Shown here: positions 32,172 through 42,700 of the stretch, piece by piece
How positions within the stretch are numbered: position 1 is the stretch's first letter
Layout of the letters: each line of letters starts with the position of its first letter
Assembly: GCA_041675505.1 (NCBI GenBank)
Contig: JBAYTR010000015.1
Location: forward strand, 4,972 to 68,971
DNA from: Bacteroidia bacterium
GTDB taxonomy: Bacteria > Bacteroidota > Bacteroidia > UKL13-3
Reading direction: 5' to 3'
Length of the DNA: 64,000 nt
The notes under the pieces: model-generated
Databases searched by the model: none
Told to the model about the DNA's origin: nothing
Seen by the model: the letters and a program-made list of their open reading frames with translations, nothing else
Translations under genes and position numbers: made by a program

Positions 32172-32966
32172 ATGAATCAGTACGAAACCCTCCTTCGCCA
32201 TATATACGAAAACGGAACGCTGAAGAGCGACCGCACCGGTACCGGCACCAAAAGCATTTTCGGGGCGCAGTTGCGCTTTAATTTACAGGACTGTTTCCCT
32301 ATGGTAACTACTAAAAAAGTGCACCTCAAGTCCATTATTTATGAGTTGCTGTGGTTCATTAAAGGTGAAACCAACACTAAATTTCTTACCGATAACGGGG
32401 TAAGCATTTGGGATGAGTGGGCCGATAAGGATGGAAATCTGGGCCCGGTTTACGGTTACCAGTGGCGCAGTTGGCCATCGCCAGATGGGAAACACATTGA
32501 TCAGTTGACGGAAGTGGTGGAGACTATAAAGAAAAATCCAGACAGCCGCAGAATGATTGTGAGTGCATGGAACGTGGCCGATTTGTCAAAAATGGCGCTG
32601 ATGCCCTGCCATGCTTTTTTCCAGTTTTATGTGGCTGACGGAAAGTTAAGTTGCCAGTTGTACCAACGCAGTGCAGATATGTTTTTGGGAGTGCCCTTTA
32701 ATATTGCTTCCTACGCTTTACTTACCCTGATGATGGCGCAGGTGTGCGGATTGCAACCCGGAGATTTTGTACATACTTTTGGTGATGCACACATTTATTC
32801 CAATCACTTTGAACAAGTGGAATTGCAACTCAGCCGCGAGCCGCGAGCTTATCCCACCATGCGCATTAATCCCGATGTAAAAAGTATTTTCGATTTTCAG
32901 TATAGTGATTTTACTTTGGAGAACTACGATCCGCACCCTTCCATTAAAGCACCTGTGGCGGTTTAA
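32172..32966 (+). CDS. thyA: Thymidylate synthase.
   Basis: [26 protein letters not shown] and the PCHAFFQF active-site Cys region. Confidence 0.95.
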   Translation: MNQYETLLRHIYENGTLKSDRTGTGTKSIFGAQLRFNLQDCFPMVTTKKVHLKSIIYELLWFIKGETNTKFLTDNGVSIWDEWADKDGNLGPVYGYQWRSWPSPDGKHIDQLTEVVETIKKNPDSRRMIVSAWNVADLSKMALMPCHAFFQFYVADGKLSCQLYQRSADMFLGVPFNIASYALLTLMMAQVCGLQPGDFVHTFGDAHIYSNHFEQVELQLSREPRAYPTMRINPDVKSIFDFQYSDFTLENYDPHPSIKAPVAV

Positions 32967-33006
32967 GGCCGCTTGCACAATTAAGCCGAAGCCTTATCTT
33001 TGAGGC

Positions 33007-34137
33007 ATGAGGCACTTCGGGCTTTTCATTTTTATTGTTTTAGCAGCACTGCAACCGGTAGCTGCGCAATACGATACTTATTCTGTAAATGAGCCACAGG
33101 AAATTAATGCAGCTGATTCCGGTAAACTCGAATTACGCTTTAACAGCCTAAGTTACTTTAGAAACCATGAATACTTTAACCAAATATGGGACGGGTACAC
33201 GCTGTTCGGTAACCAGTTTAATCCGCAGTTGAGTTTTTCACCCAATGCCCGTTTGCGTGTGGAGGGTGGTATTTGGATAGACCAAACATTTGGCAAAGAA
33301 AAGCTGCAGCTGCAGCCTACTTTTTCAGTAAAATGGAAAACAGCCAATCATAAAAACACATTTCTGTTTGGTAACATATCCGGTAATATCAACCACGGTT
33401 TTGTAGATGCCATTTATAACTACGAACGATTAATTACTCACCGCAATGAGTACGGAGTGCAATGGCTGCACAACAGTAACAACCTATCTCACGATTTATT
33501 TATCAATTGGGAAAAATACATTGCACGTGGTGACAGCACACAGGAAGAATTTACTGCAGGTTATTCTGGTAAAATCCACCTGCTTAACAAAGAACGGTGG
33601 AACATTGATGTGCCTTTGCAAGGGTACCTTAATCACAACGGGGGGCAAATTAACCTCACCACCAAGAACCTCACCACCTTTGCCAATGCAGCCACAGGCA
33701 TAAGTGTAAAAAAGAAAAACAGCCCCAATGCATTTGTTAAAGAAACGCGGGCTGAAGTGTATTACGTTACCTACACTGATTTATCACCCAACCCGGGACA
33801 GTTGTATAAAAACGGAGATGCCTTAATGGGTAACCTGTTGTTTAAATCAAAGCATCAGGTTGACCTGATGTTAACCTACTGGAGCGGAACAGATTTTTAT
33901 TCATCTAAAGGAAATCCCTTGTATCAAAACTACTCGGCTATTGGAGAGTCATACTCGCAAAAACAACGCGACTTACTTTTCGTTCGCCTGTTGTGGGACA
34001 AGAAACTGTTCGATAACTTTTACGCACACTTTCGCTTAGAGCCTTATTACGATATGGAGGCTTCATTGTTTGAATATTCGTATTCACTTTTTCTTACTTA
34101 CCGCCAGAATTTTTTGTTGAGGGGTAAGGTGAAGTAG
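33007..34137 (+). CDS. Hypothetical secreted/outer-membrane protein.
   Basis: Signal peptide (..ALQPVAAQ). Beta-rich with no recognisable catalytic motif. Confidence 0.5.
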   Translation: MRHFGLFIFIVLAALQPVAAQYDTYSVNEPQEINAADSGKLELRFNSLSYFRNHEYFNQIWDGYTLFGNQFNPQLSFSPNARLRVEGGIWIDQTFGKEKLQLQPTFSVKWKTANHKNTFLFGNISGNINHGFVDAIYNYERLITHRNEYGVQWLHNSNNLSHDLFINWEKYIARGDSTQEEFTAGYSGKIHLLNKERWNIDVPLQGYLNHNGGQINLTTKNLTTFANAATGISVKKKNSPNAFVKETRAEVYYVTYTDLSPNPGQLYKNGDALMGNLLFKSKHQVDLMLTYWSGTDFYSSKGNPLYQNYSAIGESYSQKQRDLLFVRLLWDKKLFDNFYAHFRLEPYYDMEASLFEYSYSLFLTYRQNFLLRGKVK

Positions 34138-34214
34138 TTTTCAAGTCTCGACTACTGAAATTACCACTTGTCCATTCCAAAACTCTATTTACCTTTGTGC
34201 TGTCCAATTAATCT

Positions 34215-34310
34215 TGGGGGTGCTGTAAAGTGGTAGTTAATATTACCACCAATACGGCTGAGATTACACCCTTTGAACCTGAACAGGATAATACCTGCGA
34301 ATGGGAAAGA
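34215..34310 (+). ncRNA. TPP (thiamine pyrophosphate) riboswitch (THI element) in the 5' leader of a TonB-dependent receptor gene.
   Basis: Contains GGGGUGC...CUGAGA..ACCCUUUGAACCUGAACAGGAUAAUACCUGCGAAUGGGAA. Both conserved cores of the THI-box are present in the right order: the CUGAGA J3-2 region and the pyrophosphate-binding helix GAACCUGA..GGAUAAUACC..GCG.AGGGA. Confidence 0.85.
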
Positions 34311-34422
34311 AGCGAAACACTTACGTTCCGTAGGTGTTTTCCATCTGAACAAAAGGGGGTTTAATTCACGCGGCTGTCAGCCCGGGCAGTTGCAATGTTT
34401 TAGCCTTTAATGTTTTAGTTTT

Positions 34423-36813
34423 ATGCGTTCTTATGTTATCTTTTTTCTTCTGCTGTTTTTTGCCGGCAGAAATGTTCACGCGCAATTTGTTTTGAGTGGT
34501 ACAGTTCAACACAGTGCAAACAGCCAACCGCTGACAGATGCGACTGTGGTGCTTTCCTCGCCAGGCAAAACCGCACAAAGCACACTTACGGATGTGCAGG
34601 GAAAATTTTCTCTTAGTGTTGCTGAAACAGGAAGGTATGTACTCAACATTACTTATGTGGGATACAAAACCTTGTCAGACACCATTGAGTTGACACAAAG
34701 CATGCAAAAAAACTACCGACTGGAATGGGCAGCATTGCTCAGTGACGCAGTGATTGTAAGTGGTATTCGTGCTAAAGACAAGTCAGCAACAACGTTCACC
34801 AACCTCAACAGGGAGCAGTTGAATGAACGGAATTTCGGGCAGGATATGCCGGTATTGCTCGTGCTCACCCCCTCAACCGTTGTTAACTCAGATGCAGGAG
34901 CAGGCGTGGGTTACACGGGCATCACCATTCGGGGGGTTGACCAAACCCGCATCAACGTTACCATCAACGGTATTCCGTTAAACGATGCTGAATCGCAGGG
35001 ATTATTTTGGGTAAACACACCCGACTTTGCCTCATCAGTAGAACAGGTGCAGATACAACGTGGTGTGGGTACCAGTACCAATGGTGCAGCCGCATTCGGC
35101 AGTAGCATCAACATGCAAACCACGGCCCTGCACCCTAAAGCATATGCTGAATATGCTACCGCAGCGGGCTCTTTCAACACATTTAAAAACACCGTGAGAT
35201 TTGGTACGGGTTGGTTAAACGGAGGCTGGACCATTGACGGAAGATTATCCAAAATTACTTCCGATGGTTTTATTGACCGGGCTTCTTCTGATTTAAAATC
35301 GTATTATCTCTCAGCAGGACGTTATACCGAAAAAAGTATTCTGCGACTGGTTTCATTCAGCGGTGCAGAGAAAACCTATCAGGCGTGGAACGGAATTGCG
35401 GAAGATGTGCTTGACACCAACCGCACCTACAATGAGTTCACTTACAAAAACCAAACAGATAACTACCAACAGGATCATTACCAGTTGTTGTACAGCTATC
35501 AGCTGAGCAAAAAAACCACCTTGAACACGGCATTGCACTACACTTACGGACGTGGGTATTATGAAGAATACAAGCAGGGCGAAAGTTTTGCAGATTACCA
35601 TTTACAGGATGTAATAATAGGTACCGACACCATTACGACAACCGATTTGGTTCGCAGGCGCTGGTTGGACAATGATTTTTACGGAGCTACTTTTTCTGTT
35701 ACACATGAGCCCGATAACAAAAGCACATTTATTGCAGGAGGCGGGGCAAGTTATTATGAAGGGCGACACTTTGGTGAAGTCATTTGGTCGCAGTTTGCTT
35801 CCAACAGTTTTATAGGTGATAAGTATTACCGTAACAATGCGTATAAAACGGATGCAAATATCTATGCCAAATACAACCGTGAATTAGGCAAAAAATGGAA
35901 CGCATTTGCTGATTTGCAATACCGTTATGTTGATTATTCGTTCTTGGGGTATGACCAGAATCTGAATAACGTTCAACAGAATGCACGCTTCAATTTCTTT
36001 AATCCGAAGGCCGGGATAGTATATTCAATAAGTGATTCCAGTAATGTATATTTAACACTAGCCGTTTCTAACAAAGAGCCCAACCGCAATGATTTTGTGA
36101 ACTCAACTCCATCCAGCAGACCGGAGTCTGAACAACTGCAGAACATAGAGCTGGGCTGGAGAAAAAACTGGCAGCGAGCATCATTACAGGTTAATTATTA
36201 TTTGATGTATTATCGCAATCAGCTTATTCTTTCAGGAAAGATAAATGATGTAGGCGCGTATACCCGTTTGAATGTACCTGAGAGTTATCGTACCGGTATA
36301 GAGTTGAGCGCTTCAGTAAACGTGACTAAAAAAATTCAGTGGAGCGGAAACCTGACTTTGAGTGAAAACAAAATTTTGTCCTTTACAGAGTATGTGGATG
36401 ATTACGATTGGGGAGGGCAGTGGAGTACCAAGTACAGAAATACTTCCCTGGCATTTTCGCCAGCTATGATTGCTGCCTCACAATGGAGATTTTTACCGCT
36501 TAAAAATGCGACTATAGACGTAATTAGTAAATACGTTTCAAGGCAGTACATGGACAATACGGAGAACAAGGACAGAAGTCTGGATGCTTTTTTGGTAAAT
36601 GATTTACGTTTCTCGTACACACTTAAAACAAAAAAATCAGGTTGGTTCAGGCAACTGAATGCAGGTGTATTGATTAACAATGTACTGGGCGAAAAGTATG
36701 AACCCAATGGGTACACTTACAGTGGCATAAGCGGAGGTGTAAGGAGTGATTACAATTATTATTACCCGCAGGCAGGCCGAAATTTCCTGATGCAACTCAC
36801 GTTTGCTTTTTAA
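34423..36813 (+). CDS. TonB-dependent outer-membrane receptor with an N-terminal carboxypeptidase-D-like regulatory domain.
   Basis: Signal peptide, a CarbopepD_reg-like domain (SGTVQH..TDATVVLSS..TDVQGKFSL), a plug domain, and a C-terminal beta-barrel ending in an aromatic residue (..LTFAF). Confidence 0.85.
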   Translation: MRSYVIFFLLLFFAGRNVHAQFVLSGTVQHSANSQPLTDATVVLSSPGKTAQSTLTDVQGKFSLSVAETGRYVLNITYVGYKTLSDTIELTQSMQKNYRLEWAALLSDAVIVSGIRAKDKSATTFTNLNREQLNERNFGQDMPVLLVLTPSTVVNSDAGAGVGYTGITIRGVDQTRINVTINGIPLNDAESQGLFWVNTPDFASSVEQVQIQRGVGTSTNGAAAFGSSINMQTTALHPKAYAEYATAAGSFNTFKNTVRFGTGWLNGGWTIDGRLSKITSDGFIDRASSDLKSYYLSAGRYTEKSILRLVSFSGAEKTYQAWNGIAEDVLDTNRTYNEFTYKNQTDNYQQDHYQLLYSYQLSKKTTLNTALHYTYGRGYYEEYKQGESFADYHLQDVIIGTDTITTTDLVRRRWLDNDFYGATFSVTHEPDNKSTFIAGGGASYYEGRHFGEVIWSQFASNSFIGDKYYRNNAYKTDANIYAKYNRELGKKWNAFADLQYRYVDYSFLGYDQNLNNVQQNARFNFFNPKAGIVYSISDSSNVYLTLAVSNKEPNRNDFVNSTPSSRPESEQLQNIELGWRKNWQRASLQVNYYLMYYRNQLILSGKINDVGAYTRLNVPESYRTGIELSASVNVTKKIQWSGNLTLSENKILSFTEYVDDYDWGGQWSTKYRNTSLAFSPAMIAASQWRFLPLKNATIDVISKYVSRQYMDNTENKDRSLDAFLVNDLRFSYTLKTKKSGWFRQLNAGVLINNVLGEKYEPNGYTYSGISGGVRSDYNYYYPQAGRNFLMQLTFAF

Positions 36814-37494
36814 CTACAAGGCTGCAGCTATAGTAACCACACTTACGCTGCAGCCTGTTTTATCCAACAATAATTGCGCACAGGATTCCAGTGTGGAGCC
36901 GGTGGTTACCACATCATCCACCAGCAACACATGTTTGTTACGTAATTGCTCAGGCTGTTCTACAGTAAATACTTCCTGCATATTTATAAATCGGGCAAAG
37001 CGCGATTTACGCGTTTGAGAAGAGGTGGCTGTAACCCGAAGTAAATTGGAGTGAGCAATTTCTTTATTTAATCCGTTACCCAAACCTTTTGCAAACAGTA
37101 AACTCTGGTTATATCCGCGTTGCCTTTCTCTGCTGATGTGAAGAGGAACAGGAATAATTACATCAACCGATTGAAACAATTCTGATTGATTAAGCTGTTG
37201 TGCATACAACTCACCCATGTATGTACCCAGCTCAGTAGCGTTTTGATATTTGATGGCGTGTAAAATATGTTGTGTTCGTCCTCCCTTTCTGAACTGCAGA
37301 AATGCAGCGGCACCTTGCAGGTTTACGCGACCCCAGAATAATTTATAAACCGGATTATCACTCCAAAGGTGGTAATTGGTATGCGGAAGATGGTAATGAC
37401 ATACAGTACACAAAAGCGATTCAGCCTGTAGCAGAGGTGTTTTGCAACCGGCACATATGCGGGGATAAAACAGGTCAAGTAATGAGTTAATCAT
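36814..37494 (-). CDS. comF: ComF family protein (phosphoribosyltransferase-like). The ORF could extend to 37539.
   Basis: N-terminal Cys-x2-Cys pairs (CAGCKT..CTVCH) and a C-terminal PRTase signature (VLLVDDVVTTGSTL). Confidence 0.75.
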   Translation of the reverse strand: MINSLLDLFYPRICAGCKTPLLQAESLLCTVCHYHLPHTNYHLWSDNPVYKLFWGRVNLQGAAAFLQFRKGGRTQHILHAIKYQNATELGTYMGELYAQQLNQSELFQSVDVIIPVPLHISRERQRGYNQSLLFAKGLGNGLNKEIAHSNLLRVTATSSQTRKSRFARFINMQEVFTVEQPEQLRNKHVLLVDDVVTTGSTLESCAQLLLDKTGCSVSVVTIAAAL

Positions 37495-37550
37495 AGTAAG
37501 CAGATACTCAAAAATAATAGAGTGCATTTTACTATGCAAATAATTCTGAC

Positions 37551-38651
37551 TTAATTAATGCTTCGTCCAACTCTGAAATCAATAAAGTTGGCTACGTGGC
37601 CATGTGCTTTCAGATTAAAACCGGTAAACCAACGGGAGTTAATTTTATACAAGAGGCTATAACGTTGGTACAATAATGTATTGTAGCCGGAGGGGTTGTA
37701 TACATACCACCCCATATGCTGACTAAACAGAAACCTCCCCATCAGAAATTCATGACCTAAAAGTATACCTGCCCGATGAAAGTGGTTGGGGTTGCTACCA
37801 CTTCTGCGAAGTCTTTCCTGTAGGGCATAATCAAAGGTCCACTCAGCACCTGCACGCAGGCTGTTCAGCAAACCAATTTGTTTACCGGCTGAAAGTTGCA
37901 ACCCACCTATAAAATACCGGTTTTTTTCACCCGGCAAAATACTTTTAGAAGAGCCATACACTTCTCCTCTGAAATTGAGCTTGTCACTGCTTTCATTGTT
38001 TCGAACGGGCCAGGTAGGCAAAGAAGGTTTTTCAAGATAATAATGGAAACCACCTGCAACTGTCGGGTAGTTGAGCCCTTTGTTAGGTTCCTTAACTCCT
38101 CCGTTAGAAATGTGGTTGTATTGAGCACTCATATTGAACCAGAGCCTGTCGCTTGTGCGTATATGAAAACCTGTTCCCAGGGCCAGGTATCCTCCAACTG
38201 GCATACTGTATGATTGATTAGCAGGGTTACTCAGCGCATCATACGGATGGGTAAGGTAAGAAAGTCCTAATGCACCCTTTACTGTGAAATGAATGCTCCG
38301 GTTAATTTTAAAAACAGGCTCCAGGTAAGGAGCAGCAGTTACTGATTTTCCTACAATACTATTATCGTAATCAAAGTAAGAAAAAATAAGCCCCACATGC
38401 GGAAAACAATGGCACTGATCCCATGTTTTTTGGGAAATAAGTCGTTTGCTTAGGTTAACTTCTATGCCCGAAGGATAAGAATTGGCCAGATTACTTACGT
38501 CCCGTGAATGAGCGAAAATAAATCCGTAGTGGGCCTTTATCCCTGCATGAGAAAGCGATGAACCCTTGTTGGAAGAGGAGTCTTCCTGTGCTTTGGCCCA
38601 ATTAAATATGCCCGATAGAAGGCTTATTAAACACACAAAATGAAGTTTCAT
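37551..38651 (-). CDS. Hypothetical outer-membrane beta-barrel protein, possibly an acyloxyacyl-hydrolase/PagL-like protein.
   Basis: Signal peptide (..NWAKAQ) and a repetitive amphipathic beta pattern. The functional call is weak. Confidence 0.4.
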   Translation of the reverse strand: MKLHFVCLISLLSGIFNWAKAQEDSSSNKGSSLSHAGIKAHYGFIFAHSRDVSNLANSYPSGIEVNLSKRLISQKTWDQCHCFPHVGLIFSYFDYDNSIVGKSVTAAPYLEPVFKINRSIHFTVKGALGLSYLTHPYDALSNPANQSYSMPVGGYLALGTGFHIRTSDRLWFNMSAQYNHISNGGVKEPNKGLNYPTVAGGFHYYLEKPSLPTWPVRNNESSDKLNFRGEVYGSSKSILPGEKNRYFIGGLQLSAGKQIGLLNSLRAGAEWTFDYALQERLRRSGSNPNHFHRAGILLGHEFLMGRFLFSQHMGWYVYNPSGYNTLLYQRYSLLYKINSRWFTGFNLKAHGHVANFIDFRVGRSIN

Positions 38652-38725
38652 GCTTTATCCTAAAACAAAAACGTTAGCTTACAGTTTATAAGTAGCACAA
38701 TTTAGTAAAACGGCACTTATTTTAT

Positions 38726-39646
38726 ATGAATACTCCTTTATGGCTTCGCAGATTTTTCCTTGCAGCAGGTATATACAATATACTGCTGGGGGGAGGAATG
38801 TTGTTTAGTCCGCAGATTTTTTTAAATTTTTTCAGTCACTCCATAGATGAACACACGTTTATATTTCAATTGTTAGGCGGAGTGGTGGCATTGTTTGGTG
38901 CGGGATATGTTATTGCCTCTTCCAACCCTTATAAACACTGGCCCCTGGTGCTACTTGGTTTACTGAGTAAGTTGTTGGTGCCATTGGTTTTTCTTTTTGA
39001 CAAAGTGAGCCTGATAGAATTCAGCAATGCAGGTTACATAATGATTTTTGATGATATCGTCTGGATCATTCCTTTCATTATCTCGCTGTATGAAACCTAC
39101 CGTCTGGCAACGCTAAACGAAGAATGGACCTTACAAGCCGATGAGGAAGTTTTGGAGAACATGTATACCCAAACAGGGGAAAGTATAGCGGTTTTATCCT
39201 TTCGTTCACCTGTACTTTTAGTTTTTCTTCGACATGTCGGATGCCCCTTCTGTCGCGAAACACTCAGCATAATCAAGGAAAGCAAACAGCGTATAGAACA
39301 ACGAGGCACCCGTATAGTACTTGTGAGCATGAATGAGCCCAAAGCAATTGATGCCCTTTTGGAATCGAATAACCTTGTGGATTTGGAATACGTTAGTGAT
39401 ACTGACCGCATGTGGTACAAACTTTTCGGTCTGCAAAAAGGCAGTTTGAACCAGATTGCGGGTATAAGCTTGTGGTGGAAATTCTTTTCAGCTGTAGTAT
39501 TAAAGCGGCACGGCATCGGGTGGACAGAAGGAGACGCCTTTCAGTTGCCGGGTGCTTTTCTGGTGCACAAAGGCAGGGTAATAAAACAACACATCAGCAA
39601 CAACGCAGCAGATCATCCTGATTTCACAGGACTTTCAAGAGCATAG
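38726..39646 (+). CDS. Membrane protein with a C-terminal thioredoxin-fold (AhpC/TSA-like) domain.
   Basis: Three or four N-terminal TM helices, then ..VLLVFLRHVGCPFCRE.. with a peroxiredoxin-like placement of the redox Cys. Confidence 0.55.
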   Translation: MNTPLWLRRFFLAAGIYNILLGGGMLFSPQIFLNFFSHSIDEHTFIFQLLGGVVALFGAGYVIASSNPYKHWPLVLLGLLSKLLVPLVFLFDKVSLIEFSNAGYIMIFDDIVWIIPFIISLYETYRLATLNEEWTLQADEEVLENMYTQTGESIAVLSFRSPVLLVFLRHVGCPFCRETLSIIKESKQRIEQRGTRIVLVSMNEPKAIDALLESNNLVDLEYVSDTDRMWYKLFGLQKGSLNQIAGISLWWKFFSAVVLKRHGIGWTEGDAFQLPGAFLVHKGRVIKQHISNNAADHPDFTGLSRA

Positions 39647-39705
39647 TTTTTTCGCCAAACGCTTGTTTATTTCAAAAATCTTCCTAATTTTACTTTATGT
39701 AAAAC

Positions 39706-42700
39706 TTGGAGGTCACTATGAAAAGAACATTACTTCTAACCTGCCTTTTAATTCTTTCTACCTTTGCTGTTAGAGCTTCGCACATCGCGGGTAGCGACAT
39801 GGAGTTTCAGTGTTTAGGCAAAGACACGTTCAAAGTCGTTTATCGCATATATAGAGATTGCCGGGGAGTTCCTTTAGGTAATTTTCTTCCAATTACGCTT
39901 AATACTGTGGGATGTACTCCAAATAGAATGGCAACAACAAATCTGGTGAAAGACTCTGTCGTTAAGTTAAGGTACTTGTGTGATGACAAAACAACAATTT
40001 GTGAAGGAGGTAGTTTCCAATTCGGTATCGAAGAACATATTTTCTCCGGTATTATAATTCTTTCACAGCTTTTTCCCGGAGGTTTAGACTCCAATTGTTG
40101 TCGGGTAAAAGCAACCTGGACCGACTGTTGTCGCAATGGTGCTATTAATAATATAGTCAACCCGGGTACCACAGGTTTTATGATTGATGGAGAAATTAAT
40201 AGATGTATAAAACCCTGCAACAGTTCTCCTACTTTTACCAATAAACCTGTCGCAGTAATCTGCACAGGTGTCCCATTTTGCATGAACATGGGTGTGGTAG
40301 ATAACATTGACAGAGACTCCATTTCATATGAACCTACCACACCATTAAATTCAAATGGCCAACCGGTTCAATTTATCCCACCCTATTCTGCCAACATGCC
40401 GACTCAAGTTTTGGGAGGCAATGCTAGTCTGCCTTATCCTGCAGGGTTTCATGTAGACTCTGTAACAGGAAATATTTGTTTTACTCCTACAGCCACACTG
40501 ATGACATTTGTTTTGGCTGTAAAAGTTATTGAGTGGAGGAAAATAGACGGGGTATATGTGAAAATCGGAGAAACCAGACGTGATATGCAGATGTTTGCAT
40601 ATCAGTGCCCGGCAAATGCATCGCCAAAAATCGAAGTGAACGGAAGTACCACAGGACCTTGGTCGTTCCAAGCGTGTGTAGGTGAAGCTTTATGCCTAAG
40701 CATTCGAGCTTTGGATACTGACACAGGACCAGCAAAGTATGACTCTACCCGTTTGAGTTGGAACCGAGGCATTCCAACGGCATCATTTACTAATTCAAAT
40801 ACACCTAACTTTCAAATTCGTTGGGATGAGGCACAATTCTGCTGGACTCCGGGTGATCAGCATGTAAGTTCACTACCCTATTATTTTATTTTAAAAGCAG
40901 AAGATGATAATTGCGAAGTGCCGGCAACAACTCAGCGACCAATATCTATTTTCGTTCGCCCACGCCCATTAGGTAACAGAACCTACCAGAAAATATCTTG
41001 TAGTAAATATTCGCTGAATGTTCAACTAACAAATACGCAAAATGTAGACAGTACTAAGGTTACTTATGAGTGGCGAGTCGCTAATGCAGGTAACGGGACA
41101 TTTAGCTTGTTAACCTCAACAATGTACACCACCAAATATGCTGAGCACACTTTTACTAACGGAGGCTACTTTGTTATACGTGCACGTTTGGTAGCACCTC
41201 CCTGCACTACCTTTTATTTCGATACAGTTTATGTGGATACCCCAGTAAAAGCCATCGCACAGCCCGATACTTTTGTGTGTGCCGGAAAATCTGTACAATT
41301 ATCAGCGTATGCTACAAACGGTGATTCACCCTACAAATATAAATGGACACCGGCCGGAGGTAATGACTCCTCGCTTCAATATTCTTTTTTACCCACAGGT
41401 AATACCGTATGTGTGTTTGAAGTGACGGATTCAATAGGGTGTAAAGCTTATGATACCGTTAATGTGGAAATGAAAGCCTTGCCAAATGTTAATCTGGGGC
41501 CCGACAGACGAATCTGTTTTAAAGACAGTATTTTATTTGATGGGGGAGATAACAATGGTGCTGGCCTCATTCGTTTTACGTGGAGTTCACCAAGGGGAAC
41601 GGCTAACGAACGAATGATTTACGCGCCTGATTCAGGGCAATACGCTGTTGAGGTAACCGATAGTTTTAACTGTGTAAATGCCGATACAGCTTTATTATTT
41701 ATCAATAGGGAAGTAAAAGCACAAGCAGGTCCCGATGATACCTTATGTATTTATGATACGGATACACTCAGAGGTTCAGGTGGTGAAACATACGAGTGGC
41801 ACGAGGTAAGTAATCCTTCAGTAATTCTTTCTAATCAAGCCCTACTGCCATTAAACCTTTTGCAGGTTGGAGTTAAGGCATATGTACTTAAAGTGGGTGT
41901 TACTTACAACGGAGTTACCTGTTATGATTACGATACAGTTTTTATTACCACTCGGCCACTACCGGTTATTACATTCTCCAACAGAAATGTCAAATTCTGT
42001 CTTACTGATTCATGGTTAAACCCGGGAACAAAAACAGGAGTTCAACCGGTTTCAAATACAGCAACAGGAGATTACGGGTACTGGACCATTAGTGATGCGA
42101 CAAAACAAAACTGTTTCGAAAAAGACAGCACCAAACAGGAATTTGGCTGGGTGAAGCTAAATTGTTTAGGTGTTAACCAAGCACCCAATCCTCCATCATG
42201 GAAATTGGTATATGTATTCCGCGACCGTTTTGGTTGCATCAATAGCGATTCTGTTGATGTGGTAATATTGCCTTTGCCAATAGTGTGGGCAGGTATTGAT
42301 CGGGTGGAATGTGGTAACAAAGACTCTATTGCTATTATTCCGTACCCTAATTTTGGTGTAGGAAGCGAGTGGTTGTCACCACCTTCACCTAACACTAATG
42401 TTCCTAACCCGGTTTTAGAGTACCTGCCATTAACTCGTAAGCACACGTATTATCCAAGCAGAGCGCAGCAGAACCATTACGATACCCTCGTGTATAAAGG
42501 AACCGATAATAATGGTTGTGAAAACACAGATACAGCCATAATCTACATTAAGCCTGTACCTGAAGTTGACGCGGGTAAGTTATCTGCGGTTTGTCATTTT
42601 GATAATCCGGTTAACTTGAATACCGTAGCAGGAGCAACACCATCGGGTGGGATGTGGAATGCTGAAATTCTTTCGCCTCCGGTTACAGGATTGGATACCA

